From Candidatus Altimarinota bacterium (GTDB taxonomy: Bacteria; Patescibacteriota; Gracilibacteria; UBA1369), in NCBI GenBank assembly GCA_041659405.1, contig JBAZYK010000014.1, forward strand, positions 1-32,000: DNA of 32,000 nt. Reading direction: 5' to 3'. This document shows, piece after piece, positions 1 through 8,355 of the stretch (position 1 is the stretch's first letter; each line of letters begins with the position of its first letter). The notes beneath the pieces are model-generated. The model made no database searches and was not told the origin of the DNA. It worked only from the letters and a program-made list of their open reading frames with translations. Made by a program: the position numbers and the translations under genes.

Positions 1-40
1 TACTTTCATTTCTACAACAATGTTCGTCCTCACCAGTCAC

Positions 41-1084
41 TCAACTACAAAACCCCAGCCCAAATTTATTTCCAAAATCTCTCTTAAAAATCTCAAAAAA
101 CTGTCTGGACAAAGGGAACCACTTTAGTTTTTGTGTGTCATAACCCAACCATTCTGATTTATCAGCAGGTTGCAAGCATCTTATTCTCCACACATTATCA
201 ATTTGCCGTTCCGTACTTAAATAAGTAATAGTTTTTCCATTCTCATCTTTATCATTAACGATTTTTCCACCAATAAAATGGTATTTTAACTTTTTCACTG
301 GTTTATCTCGAGGTTCTTTTTGATGATTGAAAATAAAATTTTTCCTATTTTTTACATAATATAAAATACTATCTGTTGCTCTAGGGAATACATTTTTACT
401 TGCTCCGTGTAATTTATTGTAATAGTACCAATATATCTCATTCTGAAAATTATCTATTCCAAAAATTTCATTTAATATAAAACGCAATGCAGGAGACATT
501 CTCCAGTCACAATGGACATAAATGCTACCGTCGTCCGCCAATAAATCGTGCATCAATTTTAATCGCTCGTAAATCATTGCGATAAAACTATCTGCACCCT
601 TACCCCAAGTGTCACGATAGGCAAGTTCTTCAATAACTGAAGGTTTTTTGGTGAATTCTTCTTCTCCAATTTCTATATTTATAGAAAAATCCGCACCCAC
701 ATCAAATGGTGGATCAATATAAATCAGCTTTAAACCACCCTGCGCTTCTATTTCCTTGCGCAGCGGACCGTTTTTAAGTGATGAGAGGATAAGTTTATTG
801 TCCCCCCAAATCAACTTATTGGTCCAACCGGAAATTTGCCTACCGGTCATATCAAAAAGCGACCCCTGGGCATTACCAAATTTTTCATCGCTTCGCGGCT
901 CATCAATCTGTTCAATCACCTGAAAAGGCAAAACGACATTGGTCACTTCATTGGTTTTACCATTCCACAGCAATTCGACCTCACGGTCATCATCAAACAG
1001 TAAAAAACGATACTTTTCTGGTAAAGGTTTACCAGCTTCCAGATATTTAATAACATCTCGTTTTTCGTTATCGGTAAGGTGCAT
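41..1084 (-). pseudogene. Truncated site-specific DNA methyltransferase (beta-type N6/N4, type III Mod-like)
   Basis: Contains motif IV 'LIYIDPPFD' and 'GDNKLILSSLK'. Reads up to 'WLGYDTQK', where related enzymes continue into 'PEALLERII...' and the SAM-binding FxGxG motif, but here it changes to unrelated sequence and stops. The SAM motif is absent. Confidence 0.75.
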
Positions 1085-1140
1085 CGCTATTAAAATGATG
1101 ACTATAAGTATCTAACCGAAAGCTACCTTAGCATAAGATT

Positions 1141-1170
1141 TATGATACTCATAGTCCGTCGCCTTATAAA
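1141..1170 (+). promoter_or_regulatory. Candidate C-box operator of a restriction-modification controller protein
   Basis: ATGATACTCATAGTCCGTCGCCTTATAAAC resembles the known tandem C-box layout (GACTNATAGTC-CGT-G...TTATAGTC) and sits between the methyltransferase start and the C-like gene. Confidence 0.5.
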
Positions 1171-1194
1171 CATCACAGTCCTATTCTAAAAAAC

Positions 1195-1416
1195 ATGAAA
1201 AAGAATAGCGACATACTTAAAAAATTCGGGCAGAGGATTAAGAAACTCCGACTAGAGAATGGCATCACATCTCAAATGGCTTTGGCTTTAAAAACGGGGA
1301 TGGATCGCACTTATATTGGAGGTATTGAACGAGGCGAACGAAATGTCGCACTAATAAACATAGAAAAACTAGCAAAAGCTTTTGGCATCAGTATGGATGA
1401 GCTGTTTAAGTTCTAA
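1195..1416 (+). CDS. XRE-family HTH regulator, controller (C) protein-like
   Basis: 73 aa single HTH domain, 'FGQRIKKLRLENGITSQMALALKTGMDRTYIGGIERGERNVALINIEKLAKAFGISMDELF', typical of R-M controller proteins. Confidence 0.85.
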   Translation: MKKNSDILKKFGQRIKKLRLENGITSQMALALKTGMDRTYIGGIERGERNVALINIEKLAKAFGISMDELFKF

Positions 1417-1495
1417 TCCCGGTCGCGCTAAAAGTCGCATACGACAGATTTTATTCATTTACATAAATTATCGAAATAGTTATAATCCAACCACT

Positions 1496-1789
1496 ATGAA
1501 AATTATCCAATCTGTAAAAATAGGATTGCAAGTCACAGTTATCAAACAGGGCAAGCAATTTGTTGCTTATGCTCCTGCTTTAGACATATCCACTTCCGGC
1601 AAGACCTTAAAAGAAGCACAAAAACGATTCTCGGAGCTCGTTAACATTTTTATTGATGAACTTATTGAAAAAAACACATTGGAGGAAGTTTTTACCGGGC
1701 TTGGATGGAGCAAAGTAAAAAAACAATGGGAACCTCCTGAAATAGTATCCCAAAAATCAGTAGATATTCGCTTACCAGTAGCCGCATAA
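1496..1789 (+). CDS. hicB: HicB-family antitoxin-like protein
   Basis: In-frame ATG at 1496 inside ORF 1382..1789. 'VIKQGKQFVAYAPALDISTSGKTLKEAQKRFSELVNIFIDELIEKNTLEEVFTGLGW' is HicB-like. Confidence 0.75.
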   Translation: MKIIQSVKIGLQVTVIKQGKQFVAYAPALDISTSGKTLKEAQKRFSELVNIFIDELIEKNTLEEVFTGLGWSKVKKQWEPPEIVSQKSVDIRLPVAA

Positions 1790-1790
1790 T

Positions 1791-2021
1791 ATGGGTCAAC
1801 TTGGTTCAATTCATTGGAAAAAATTCGAAAAATTTCTTTTTAAAATAGGCTGTGAATTCAAAAGAGAAAAAGGGGACCACAGAATATACTGGAAAACAGG
1901 CTTAAATCGTCCCATTGTAATCCCAAGAGATAGAATTTTGCCTCCTTTTATAATAATGAACAACCTAAGAGTTCTTGGTATATCCAAGGATGATTTCATG
2001 AAAATTATTTCAGAATTGTAG
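1791..2021 (+). CDS. hicA: HicA-family mRNA interferase toxin-like protein
   Basis: 76 aa with 'KIGCEFKREKGDHRIYWKTG' (GxHxxY-like catalytic region) and 'IVIPRDR', starting 1 nt after the hicB-like stop. Confidence 0.75.
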   Translation: MGQLGSIHWKKFEKFLFKIGCEFKREKGDHRIYWKTGLNRPIVIPRDRILPPFIIMNNLRVLGISKDDFMKIISEL

Positions 2022-2219
2022 TAAACTAAGGCGCAATTACTTTATTAGAGAATTCTGCAAGCTGCTCTGGCGCAGACGTGACTTGATCACCTTCCAGTCT
2101 ATTCAACAGTGCTGCACAAACTATCGTTGCTGGAATGCCCGCCCTTAAACAAAAAGCCGCAAACGCATTTGACAAATCAACAATAAATACCTACAATACC
2201 ACCTATTCATAAAATTTCC

Positions 2220-2932
2220 ATGTCAGAACGAAAGCAATACAAAGGTTACGATTTACATATAGCTGATGAGCCACGGAGAGACATGCCCGAGTTCTTGCGT
2301 GAACATGGTTTGATGCAACGTGCACAATTAACTCCTTTAAGTACTCCCGCAAATATTGAAGAGGAATTGGCAGGAATAAGAGCCCAAAAGATTCAAACAG
2401 CTTCATCTATTTTTGAAAAGAATCGAGTTCCGGTCAGAGGCGCATTAAGAGCTATTGTAGGCTATGCGTTTGATGAATTTAATCTTCCCAAATCCGGTGG
2501 GGTTGATATTGGCTCCGGAGCAACCGGCGAAATGGTTGAAGAATTATTACCACGAAGCGTTACACAAAGTTCCTGGGTTCAACTGGAAGCCAATCCGTCA
2601 GCAGTTAAAGAAAATCAACGAAGACATCCAAATTCCAGAATTGTAGAAGGTTCATACCTGAATATGGGCGTAAGTGGCTTGGATATTGTAACTAGAACGC
2701 CGTTAGCGTGGGTGAACTTTTCCGTAGAAATTTAGGAAGAACCATTGAAAATAATTCCGGCATGGAGCTGTTATTTAATCAGTGGGTTACCGCCCGCAAG
2801 CCGATTGATGGACCTCCCGCTCTTTGGTACTTTATGAATATTCTTTTAAGAGCGGAGTATTTTCCACCGGAAACAGAGCAGGTGGAAGAAGTCTCGGCTG
2901 TGGTTACGGTTGCAAGGAAGAGGGCTGCTTAA
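2220..2932 (+). pseudogene. Class I SAM-dependent methyltransferase remnant in two frames
   Basis: ORF 2220..2735 carries a motif I-like 'GVDIGSGATGEMVEELLP' and then breaks after 'GLDIVTRTP'. ORF 2708..2932 (another frame) carries a C-terminal-like 'MELLFNQWVTARKP'. The middle appears deleted. Confidence 0.55.
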
Positions 2933-2983
2933 AAAATGTATTTATTTCAAAAAAGTCTTTTTGCTTAAGATAAGCTAATAATA

Positions 2984-3013
2984 TTGCTTTTAAAAGTACT
3001 TGTATATTATAAT
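2984..3013 (+). promoter_or_regulatory. Putative sigma70-type promoter upstream of the AAA+ ATPase
   Basis: TTGCTT, 18 nt spacer, TATAAT, located 33 nt before the ATG. Confidence 0.5.
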
Positions 3014-3045
3014 GCACAAGTAAATGCCCTTTAATGTATATTTAA

Positions 3046-4491
3046 ATGAACAAGAAAGAAGAAATCCTGTTTTTCCTCCAGAATCAGATCCAAACCAACG
3101 CTGAAAGGTTGAAAAACTATACAGAAGACTCAAGTGGTAAAGAATACCCAAGACGACATGCTTTCATAAAATTACAGAAATATGTGAGTGAATTTATGAA
3201 AGGAAATAAAGATCAAAGATGGGTCATCATTCCAGGTCTTCGTGGTGTAGGTAAAACAACACTATTATCTCAAATATACTTTAACTGCCTTGAAACCTAT
3301 AAAGAACTTACGCCTCAAAATGTTTTGTATATTTCAGTTGATGATATTAAAACCAAGCTCGATGTAACACTGGACGAGGTTTTAACAGTTTATTTTGAGA
3401 TTTTAAGAACCAGAATCGAAGAACTAAAGCATCCAGTAATCCTTTTTCTTGATGAAGTTCAATATGATTCAGAGTGGGCTAAAGTTTTAAAAATTGCCTG
3501 GGATAAGACTAAAAATCTTTTTATATTTTGCAGTGGCTCTTCAGCAATTTCTCTACAGACAAATCCAGATGCAGCAAGACGGTCTGTGGTTGAGAAGGTA
3601 TATCCTGTGAGCTTTGGAGAATTTTTAATGATCAAATATGGTATTTTGCCGGAGAAATCTCTTAAGAAAGAATTAAAGAGCGCAATATATTCATCTGCCA
3701 ATGCTGAAGATGTATTTAAAAAATTAAAGCAAATTGAAAGTAAGACCTCGCTTGCTTGGACAAAGGCTCCAAGGTACGCTCAAATTGAATATCTCGAAAC
3801 AGGTTCATTGCCTTTCGCAATCAATGCCCCGAATAAAGAAAAAATTTATGATGTTATTGATCAACTCTTAGATAAAATTATCAGCAAAGACATACAGTCT
3901 CTTGGTAAATTCGATTCAGATACACTTGGCATAATAAAGAGAATGCTTTTGATTGTTGCCGAATCAGACACCATTAGTTACAGCACTCTGGAAAGATTGC
4001 TTCCAATCAAGCGTATTACAATTATGAATGTCTTTGATGTACTGGAAAAGGCCGAGTTGATTATCAAAGTTCCCGCCTATGGCTCCAGCACAACAGTGGC
4101 TAAAAAACCAGCAAAATACCTCTTTATGTCTCCTGCAATAAGACAAGCATTGATGAGTATCACAGGTCTTCCAGAAACCCAAAGAACAAGAGAAGGAAAG
4201 TTGATTGAAGATGTTGTTGGTATGCATCTGTACAGAGAATTTTTAACCCCAGCAATAGGCGTCTTAACTTACGACAATGCTCAAGCTGGCGCTGATTTTA
4301 TTTTACAAATAGCTAATCAAAGACAAATAGCTATAGAGATTGGCAGAGGTAAAAAGGGCTGTAAACAGGTCTTAAATACAATGCAAAAAGTAAAATGCGA
4401 CTACGGTTTATCTTTTGGAAAGAATGAACTTACCTTACACAAAGACGATAATATAGTTCAAATTCCTTCATATTATTTTCTTTTAATGTAA
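3046..4491 (+). CDS. AAA+ ATPase (DUF4143/archaeal-ATPase type) with C-terminal PD-(D/E)XK-like segment
   Basis: Walker A 'GLRGVGKTT', Walker B 'VILFLDEVQ', 'FCSGSSA' sensor-like motif and C-terminal 'GADFILQIANQRQIAIEIGRGKK'. Confidence 0.8.
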   Translation: MNKKEEILFFLQNQIQTNAERLKNYTEDSSGKEYPRRHAFIKLQKYVSEFMKGNKDQRWVIIPGLRGVGKTTLLSQIYFNCLETYKELTPQNVLYISVDDIKTKLDVTLDEVLTVYFEILRTRIEELKHPVILFLDEVQYDSEWAKVLKIAWDKTKNLFIFCSGSSAISLQTNPDAARRSVVEKVYPVSFGEFLMIKYGILPEKSLKKELKSAIYSSANAEDVFKKLKQIESKTSLAWTKAPRYAQIEYLETGSLPFAINAPNKEKIYDVIDQLLDKIISKDIQSLGKFDSDTLGIIKRMLLIVAESDTISYSTLERLLPIKRITIMNVFDVLEKAELIIKVPAYGSSTTVAKKPAKYLFMSPAIRQALMSITGLPETQRTREGKLIEDVVGMHLYREFLTPAIGVLTYDNAQAGADFILQIANQRQIAIEIGRGKKGCKQVLNTMQKVKCDYGLSFGKNELTLHKDDNIVQIPSYYFLLM

Positions 4492-4634
4492 GCAAGGAAT
4501 AATCGCAAAACCTTGCGTGTAAAAAAGTGATGTTTTCCTTATATTCAATGACCCTCGGGTAAAGCCCCAGGGTCGCTGGCTGCCACTTTTAGGCATATGC
4601 GACATTGAAATTTTGGCAGAGGAATAACATCTTT

Positions 4635-4709
4635 TGGTTGCGGGGGATGGATTCGAACCACCGACCTCCGGGTTATGAGCCCGACGAGCTGCCACTGCTC
4701 TACCCCGCG
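4635..4709 (-). tRNA. Initiator tRNA-Met (CAU)
   Basis: RC folds as CGCGGGG-TA-GAGC...GCTC-G-TCGGG-CTCATAA-CCCGG-AGGTC-GGTGG-TTCGAAT-CCATC-CCCCGCA-ACCA. C1:A72 mismatch, GGG/CCC anticodon stem and encoded CCA are initiator hallmarks. Confidence 0.95.
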
Positions 4710-4752
4710 TCGCAATAAATTCCTAACTTAATTCCGCTCTACACTACGTTCT

Positions 4753-5121
4753 TTAGGCGTGAATGTCAAAGAAAAATTTCCACCACTTTTGCGGATTACT
4801 CAAGGATCTAACCGCTAAATCACTGGTGTTGGTTCCATTATTTTGATCCGCGCCATTAACCGGTAAATCGGAGGAGGGGATCACAATTACCTGTTCCCCC
4901 GGCTTCACCAAGCCCAAATTCTGCTTGGCGATTTTTTCCACGTAAGCATTGGAACTATAATAACCATAATCGAGCTCCTTTTGCTTATTATCCAGAGCGA
5001 TTTTCTCGTTATCACTCATGAAAGTTGCGATGTGCTGGTCGATCTGATAGCTCTTATAAACCGACACCGTTAACGTATAAAGCAAATAAGAAACTACCAA
5101 AAATTCAACAATTATAACCAT
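4753..5121 (-). CDS. FtsB/DivIC-like septum formation protein
   Basis: N-terminal TM, coiled-coil 'MSDNEKIALDNKQKELDY' and 'SSNAYVEKIAKQNLGLVKPGEQVIVIP'. Start chosen at MVIIVEFL within ORF 4753..5211. Confidence 0.7.
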   Translation of the reverse strand: MVIIVEFLVVSYLLYTLTVSVYKSYQIDQHIATFMSDNEKIALDNKQKELDYGYYSSNAYVEKIAKQNLGLVKPGEQVIVIPSSDLPVNGADQNNGTNTSDLAVRSLSNPQKWWKFFFDIHA

Positions 5122-5162
5122 TTTTGTGACTTTTGAGGTATGATTAAGGTTGAAAGCCATAG

Positions 5163-6584
5163 TTGAAAAAAATGCTAAAAAAAATATACTATAAAGGCTT
5201 AAATATCGCAAATCGCATGATCAACGAATTACAATCGGCAAAAAACATCCATTTTATTGGAATTGGCGGCAGCGGCATGAGCGGTTTAGCCCGAATTTTA
5301 AATATTATCGGCAAAAAAATCAGCGGATCCGACCAAAACGTAAGCAATACTTTTCTTGCATTAAAAAGCGAAAATCTAAAAATTCACGCCGGGCACAAAG
5401 CGCAAAACATTCCGGCAAAAACCGATTTGGTTGTATATTCCGCGGCAGTTCCCAAAAAAAATCCGGAATTGCTGGAAGCACAAAAACGCAAGTTGCCTTG
5501 CTTAACTTATCCGCAGGCAGTTGGCCTTTTAACGCAGCATTATCAAACAATCAGCATTTGCGGGACTCATGGGAAAACCACTGTAACGGCCATGACAGCC
5601 TTAAGTTTTGCAGCTGCCAAACAGGATCCAACCGTAATTGTGGGCGCGACTTTAAAGGAATTTAATCACAAAAATGAAAGGTTTGGCAAAAGCGAATATT
5701 TTATTTTGGAAAGTTGCGAATATCGCCGGGGCTTTTTGAATTATCATCCAAAGGTGATCGTAATAACCAACATTGAACCTGATCATCTGGATTACTACAA
5801 AAATTTGCAGGATTACCGCAGTGCCTTTCAGGAATTTTGCGAAAAATTACCCAAAGATGGCTTGATCATCTGTAATTCCGACGATGAAAACATTAACTAT
5901 GTTATGGGAAAAATCAAAAATCATCCTAAAATTATAACTTTCGGCACAAATAAAAAGGCGGATTATCAAATCAAATCCAATAAAATTTATCACAATAAAA
6001 AACTTCTGGGTTCATTGGACTTAAAAATTCCCGGCCAACACAATTTAATGAACGCCGCAGCAGCAATAGCCTTAACTCATCATTTAAAATTTGATTTAGG
6101 TAAGATTTTCCAGGCTTTAAATAATTATCACGGAGCATCACGCCGTTTTGAGGTTAAAGGCAAAATCGGCAAAACCGTTTTTATTGATGATTACGGCCAC
6201 CATCCAACCGAAATTAAAGCCACACTCAAAGCCGCGCGTGAAAAATTCGGCAAAAAAAAGATTCTCTGTATTTTTCAGCCGCACCAATATAGCCGGACCT
6301 ACAAGCTATTAAACGGCTTTGCTGATTCTTTTAATGACGTCGATGAAGTGATTATCCCAAATATTTTAAACGTTCGTGATTCCGCAGCCGACCTCAAGAA
6401 AATCAATGAACAAATTCTCGTCCAAAAAATTGCCAAATTTCAGCCAAACGTTTCTTATGGCAAAGGATTGGAAAACACGACAAAAATAGTCCAGAAAAAA
6501 CTTAAGGACTACGACGTCATCATCACCATGGGGGCAGGGGACGTGTACAAACTCGCCGACAATCTTCTGAAAAAGCACCAGTAA
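5163..6584 (+). CDS. murC: UDP-N-acetylmuramate--L-alanine ligase
   Basis: 'IHFIGIGGSGMSGLARIL', 'CGTHGKTTVTAM', 'VFIDDYGHHPTEIKATLKAAR', 'FQPHQYSRT'. Confidence 0.95.
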   Translation: MKKMLKKIYYKGLNIANRMINELQSAKNIHFIGIGGSGMSGLARILNIIGKKISGSDQNVSNTFLALKSENLKIHAGHKAQNIPAKTDLVVYSAAVPKKNPELLEAQKRKLPCLTYPQAVGLLTQHYQTISICGTHGKTTVTAMTALSFAAAKQDPTVIVGATLKEFNHKNERFGKSEYFILESCEYRRGFLNYHPKVIVITNIEPDHLDYYKNLQDYRSAFQEFCEKLPKDGLIICNSDDENINYVMGKIKNHPKIITFGTNKKADYQIKSNKIYHNKKLLGSLDLKIPGQHNLMNAAAAIALTHHLKFDLGKIFQALNNYHGASRRFEVKGKIGKTVFIDDYGHHPTEIKATLKAAREKFGKKKILCIFQPHQYSRTYKLLNGFADSFNDVDEVIIPNILNVRDSAADLKKINEQILVQKIAKFQPNVSYGKGLENTTKIVQKKLKDYDVIITMGAGDVYKLADNLLKKHQ

Positions 6585-6621
6585 TTGCGGCGCTTGCCAG
6601 CAAACCTCCCGGCAGACCCAC

Positions 6622-8016
6622 CTAAACCTTTTTCCAGGTCGTCCCTTCCGGCGTATCTTCAAGCTGAACACCCATTTTTAAAAGTTCATCACGAATTTGA
6701 TCGGAAGTTTTGAAGTCTTTCGCTTTTCGCGCAGCATTGCGTTTTTCGATCAAATCAGCCACAGCTTGATTAATCGTCATCGCTTCTTTTGGCTCCAGGA
6801 CTCCTAAAACCGCGTCCAATTTCATCATAAAATCAATCACGTTTTTCTGACCAGCCGCCGAAATTTTCTTTTCATCCAGCAATTTATTCAACGCCTTCAT
6901 GCAATCAAACCAGGCAGCCAAACCACCGGAAGTCTCAAAATCATCATCCATTCTTTCTTCAAAATTTCTTTTGGAAGTTCCCAAAACCTCATCAATTACC
7001 TCATCGGTATCGTTTTGATCCTGAGCAGCCTTATACGCTCTTATTTTTCGTGAAAAATCATGCAACCTCATTAAAGTATTTTTGGCCTGATCCAAAATCT
7101 CATTACTAAAATCAATCGGAGACCTATAATGCGTCTGCAAAAACAACAACCTAACAGCCTGTGGATCATACTTTTCAAAAATATCCCTCAAAGTAAAAAA
7201 GTTCCCAAGTGACTTGGACATCTTTTCATTATTGATTTGAATGAAGCCATTATGGAGCCAGTAATTCACAAAAGGCGCGCCGTTTGCCGCTTCACTTTGC
7301 GCAATTTCACACTCATGATGAGGAAATGTAAGATCCGCGCCACCACCATGAATATCAAAAGTAACACCCAGAATTTGTTTACTCATAGCGCTACATTCAA
7401 TGTGCCAGCCCGGCCTGCCAACACCCCAGGGACTCTCCCAAAAAGGTTCACCCGGTTTGGAAAGTTTCCACAAAACAAAATCCTGAGGACTTTTTTTTCC
7501 TACTTTAACAGCCACTCTTGAACCGGCCTTCAATTTATCCAGCTTTTGCTTTGAGAGCTTTCCATAATCCTTGAATTTGGTCACATCAAAATAAACTCCA
7601 TCATCCAAAAGATAAGTAAATCCTTTCTTTTCCAGATCCTTAATTAGCTCAATCATTTGCGGAACATATTCGGTAGCCTTTGGCTGAACATCCGGTTTCA
7701 TTATTCCCAGAGAGGCATAATCACGATCATATTCCGGAATTATTTGCGCAGCCAACTCCGCCACGGTAATTTTTTTCAGCTCCGCGCGTTGAATCAGTTT
7801 ATCGTCAATATCGGTATAATTGGAGACATAAGTCACTTTATAGCCCTTATAGACAAGATATTTGCGAATAATATCAAAAGAAACCGCCGACCTTCCATGC
7901 CCAAGATGCCCCAGGTCATAAACCGTCGGTCCACAAACATACATACTAACTTTGCCTTCTTGCAGCGGTTTAAAAGCCTCCTTTTTTGCCGTTAAAGTAT
8001 TGTGAATATTCAGCAT
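6622..8016 (-). CDS. cysS: Cysteinyl-tRNA synthetase
   Basis: 'MYVCGPTVYDLGHLGHGRSAVSFD', 'GRPGWHIECSAMS', 'FDIHGGGADLTFPHHECEIAQSEA', 'KMSKSLGNF'. Confidence 0.97.
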   Translation of the reverse strand: MLNIHNTLTAKKEAFKPLQEGKVSMYVCGPTVYDLGHLGHGRSAVSFDIIRKYLVYKGYKVTYVSNYTDIDDKLIQRAELKKITVAELAAQIIPEYDRDYASLGIMKPDVQPKATEYVPQMIELIKDLEKKGFTYLLDDGVYFDVTKFKDYGKLSKQKLDKLKAGSRVAVKVGKKSPQDFVLWKLSKPGEPFWESPWGVGRPGWHIECSAMSKQILGVTFDIHGGGADLTFPHHECEIAQSEAANGAPFVNYWLHNGFIQINNEKMSKSLGNFFTLRDIFEKYDPQAVRLLFLQTHYRSPIDFSNEILDQAKNTLMRLHDFSRKIRAYKAAQDQNDTDEVIDEVLGTSKRNFEERMDDDFETSGGLAAWFDCMKALNKLLDEKKISAAGQKNVIDFMMKLDAVLGVLEPKEAMTINQAVADLIEKRNAARKAKDFKTSDQIRDELLKMGVQLEDTPEGTTWKKV

Positions 8017-8279
8017 TATTTCGCACCTAATAAAATAAAAATCAGAGTTTTCAAAAGATCCAATGCAAAAATAGCAATAATCGGAGAAAGGTCAATCATC
8101 CCCAAATTTGGCGTAATCCTTTTTGCCAAATTCAAAATAGGATCGGTAACATCCTTCAAAATATCAATTGCCCGATTTGATTGCATTGGCATCCATGAAA
8201 GCAAAACTCTCGCCAAAATTGCAAAACTAAGCAGGTCAAAGAAAATGTTCAAAAAAGTCACAATATAATTAATGTACAT
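8016..8279 (-). CDS. YggT family membrane protein
   Basis: 87 aa, two TM segments, 'ILARVLLSWMPMQSNRAIDILKDVTDPILNLAKRITPNLGMIDLSPIIAIFAL'. Confidence 0.85.
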   Translation of the reverse strand: MYINYIVTFLNIFFDLLSFAILARVLLSWMPMQSNRAIDILKDVTDPILNLAKRITPNLGMIDLSPIIAIFALDLLKTLIFILLGAK

Positions 8280-8289
8280 ATATCTGTTT

Positions 8290-8330
8290 AAAAAACATCA
8301 GGATTTTATCAGGAAAGTCCCTTAAAATCC
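8290..8330 (-). terminator. Putative intrinsic terminator downstream of the secreted Ig-like/FN3 gene
   Basis: Perfect 8 bp inverted repeat GGATTTTA (8301-8308)/TAAAATCC (8323-8330) with inner GGA/TCC pairing. On the minus strand it is followed after a short gap by TTTTTT. Confidence 0.5.
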
Positions 8331-8355
8331 ACCTAATAACCGCCAATATTAAACT

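Noticed and set aside
1382-1495. Upstream extension of the HicB-like ORF
   Set aside because: It overlaps the XRE gene end in another frame and reads 'MASVWMSCLSSNPGRAK...', which is not HicB-like. The internal ATG at 1496 fits better.
2203-2406. 67 aa minus ORF opposite the methyltransferase remnant
   Set aside because: Plus-strand reading has recognisable methyltransferase sequence. The minus ORF has no family-like features.
4483-4695. Minus-strand ORF 'MAARRAHNPEVGGSNPSPATK...'
   Set aside because: The N-terminal part is the conceptual translation of the initiator tRNA gene. The ORF starts at a GTG inside the tRNA, so it is spurious.
7237-7995. Plus-strand ORFs opposite cysS
   Set aside because: They lie antisense to intact cysteinyl-tRNA synthetase motifs, with no independent support.
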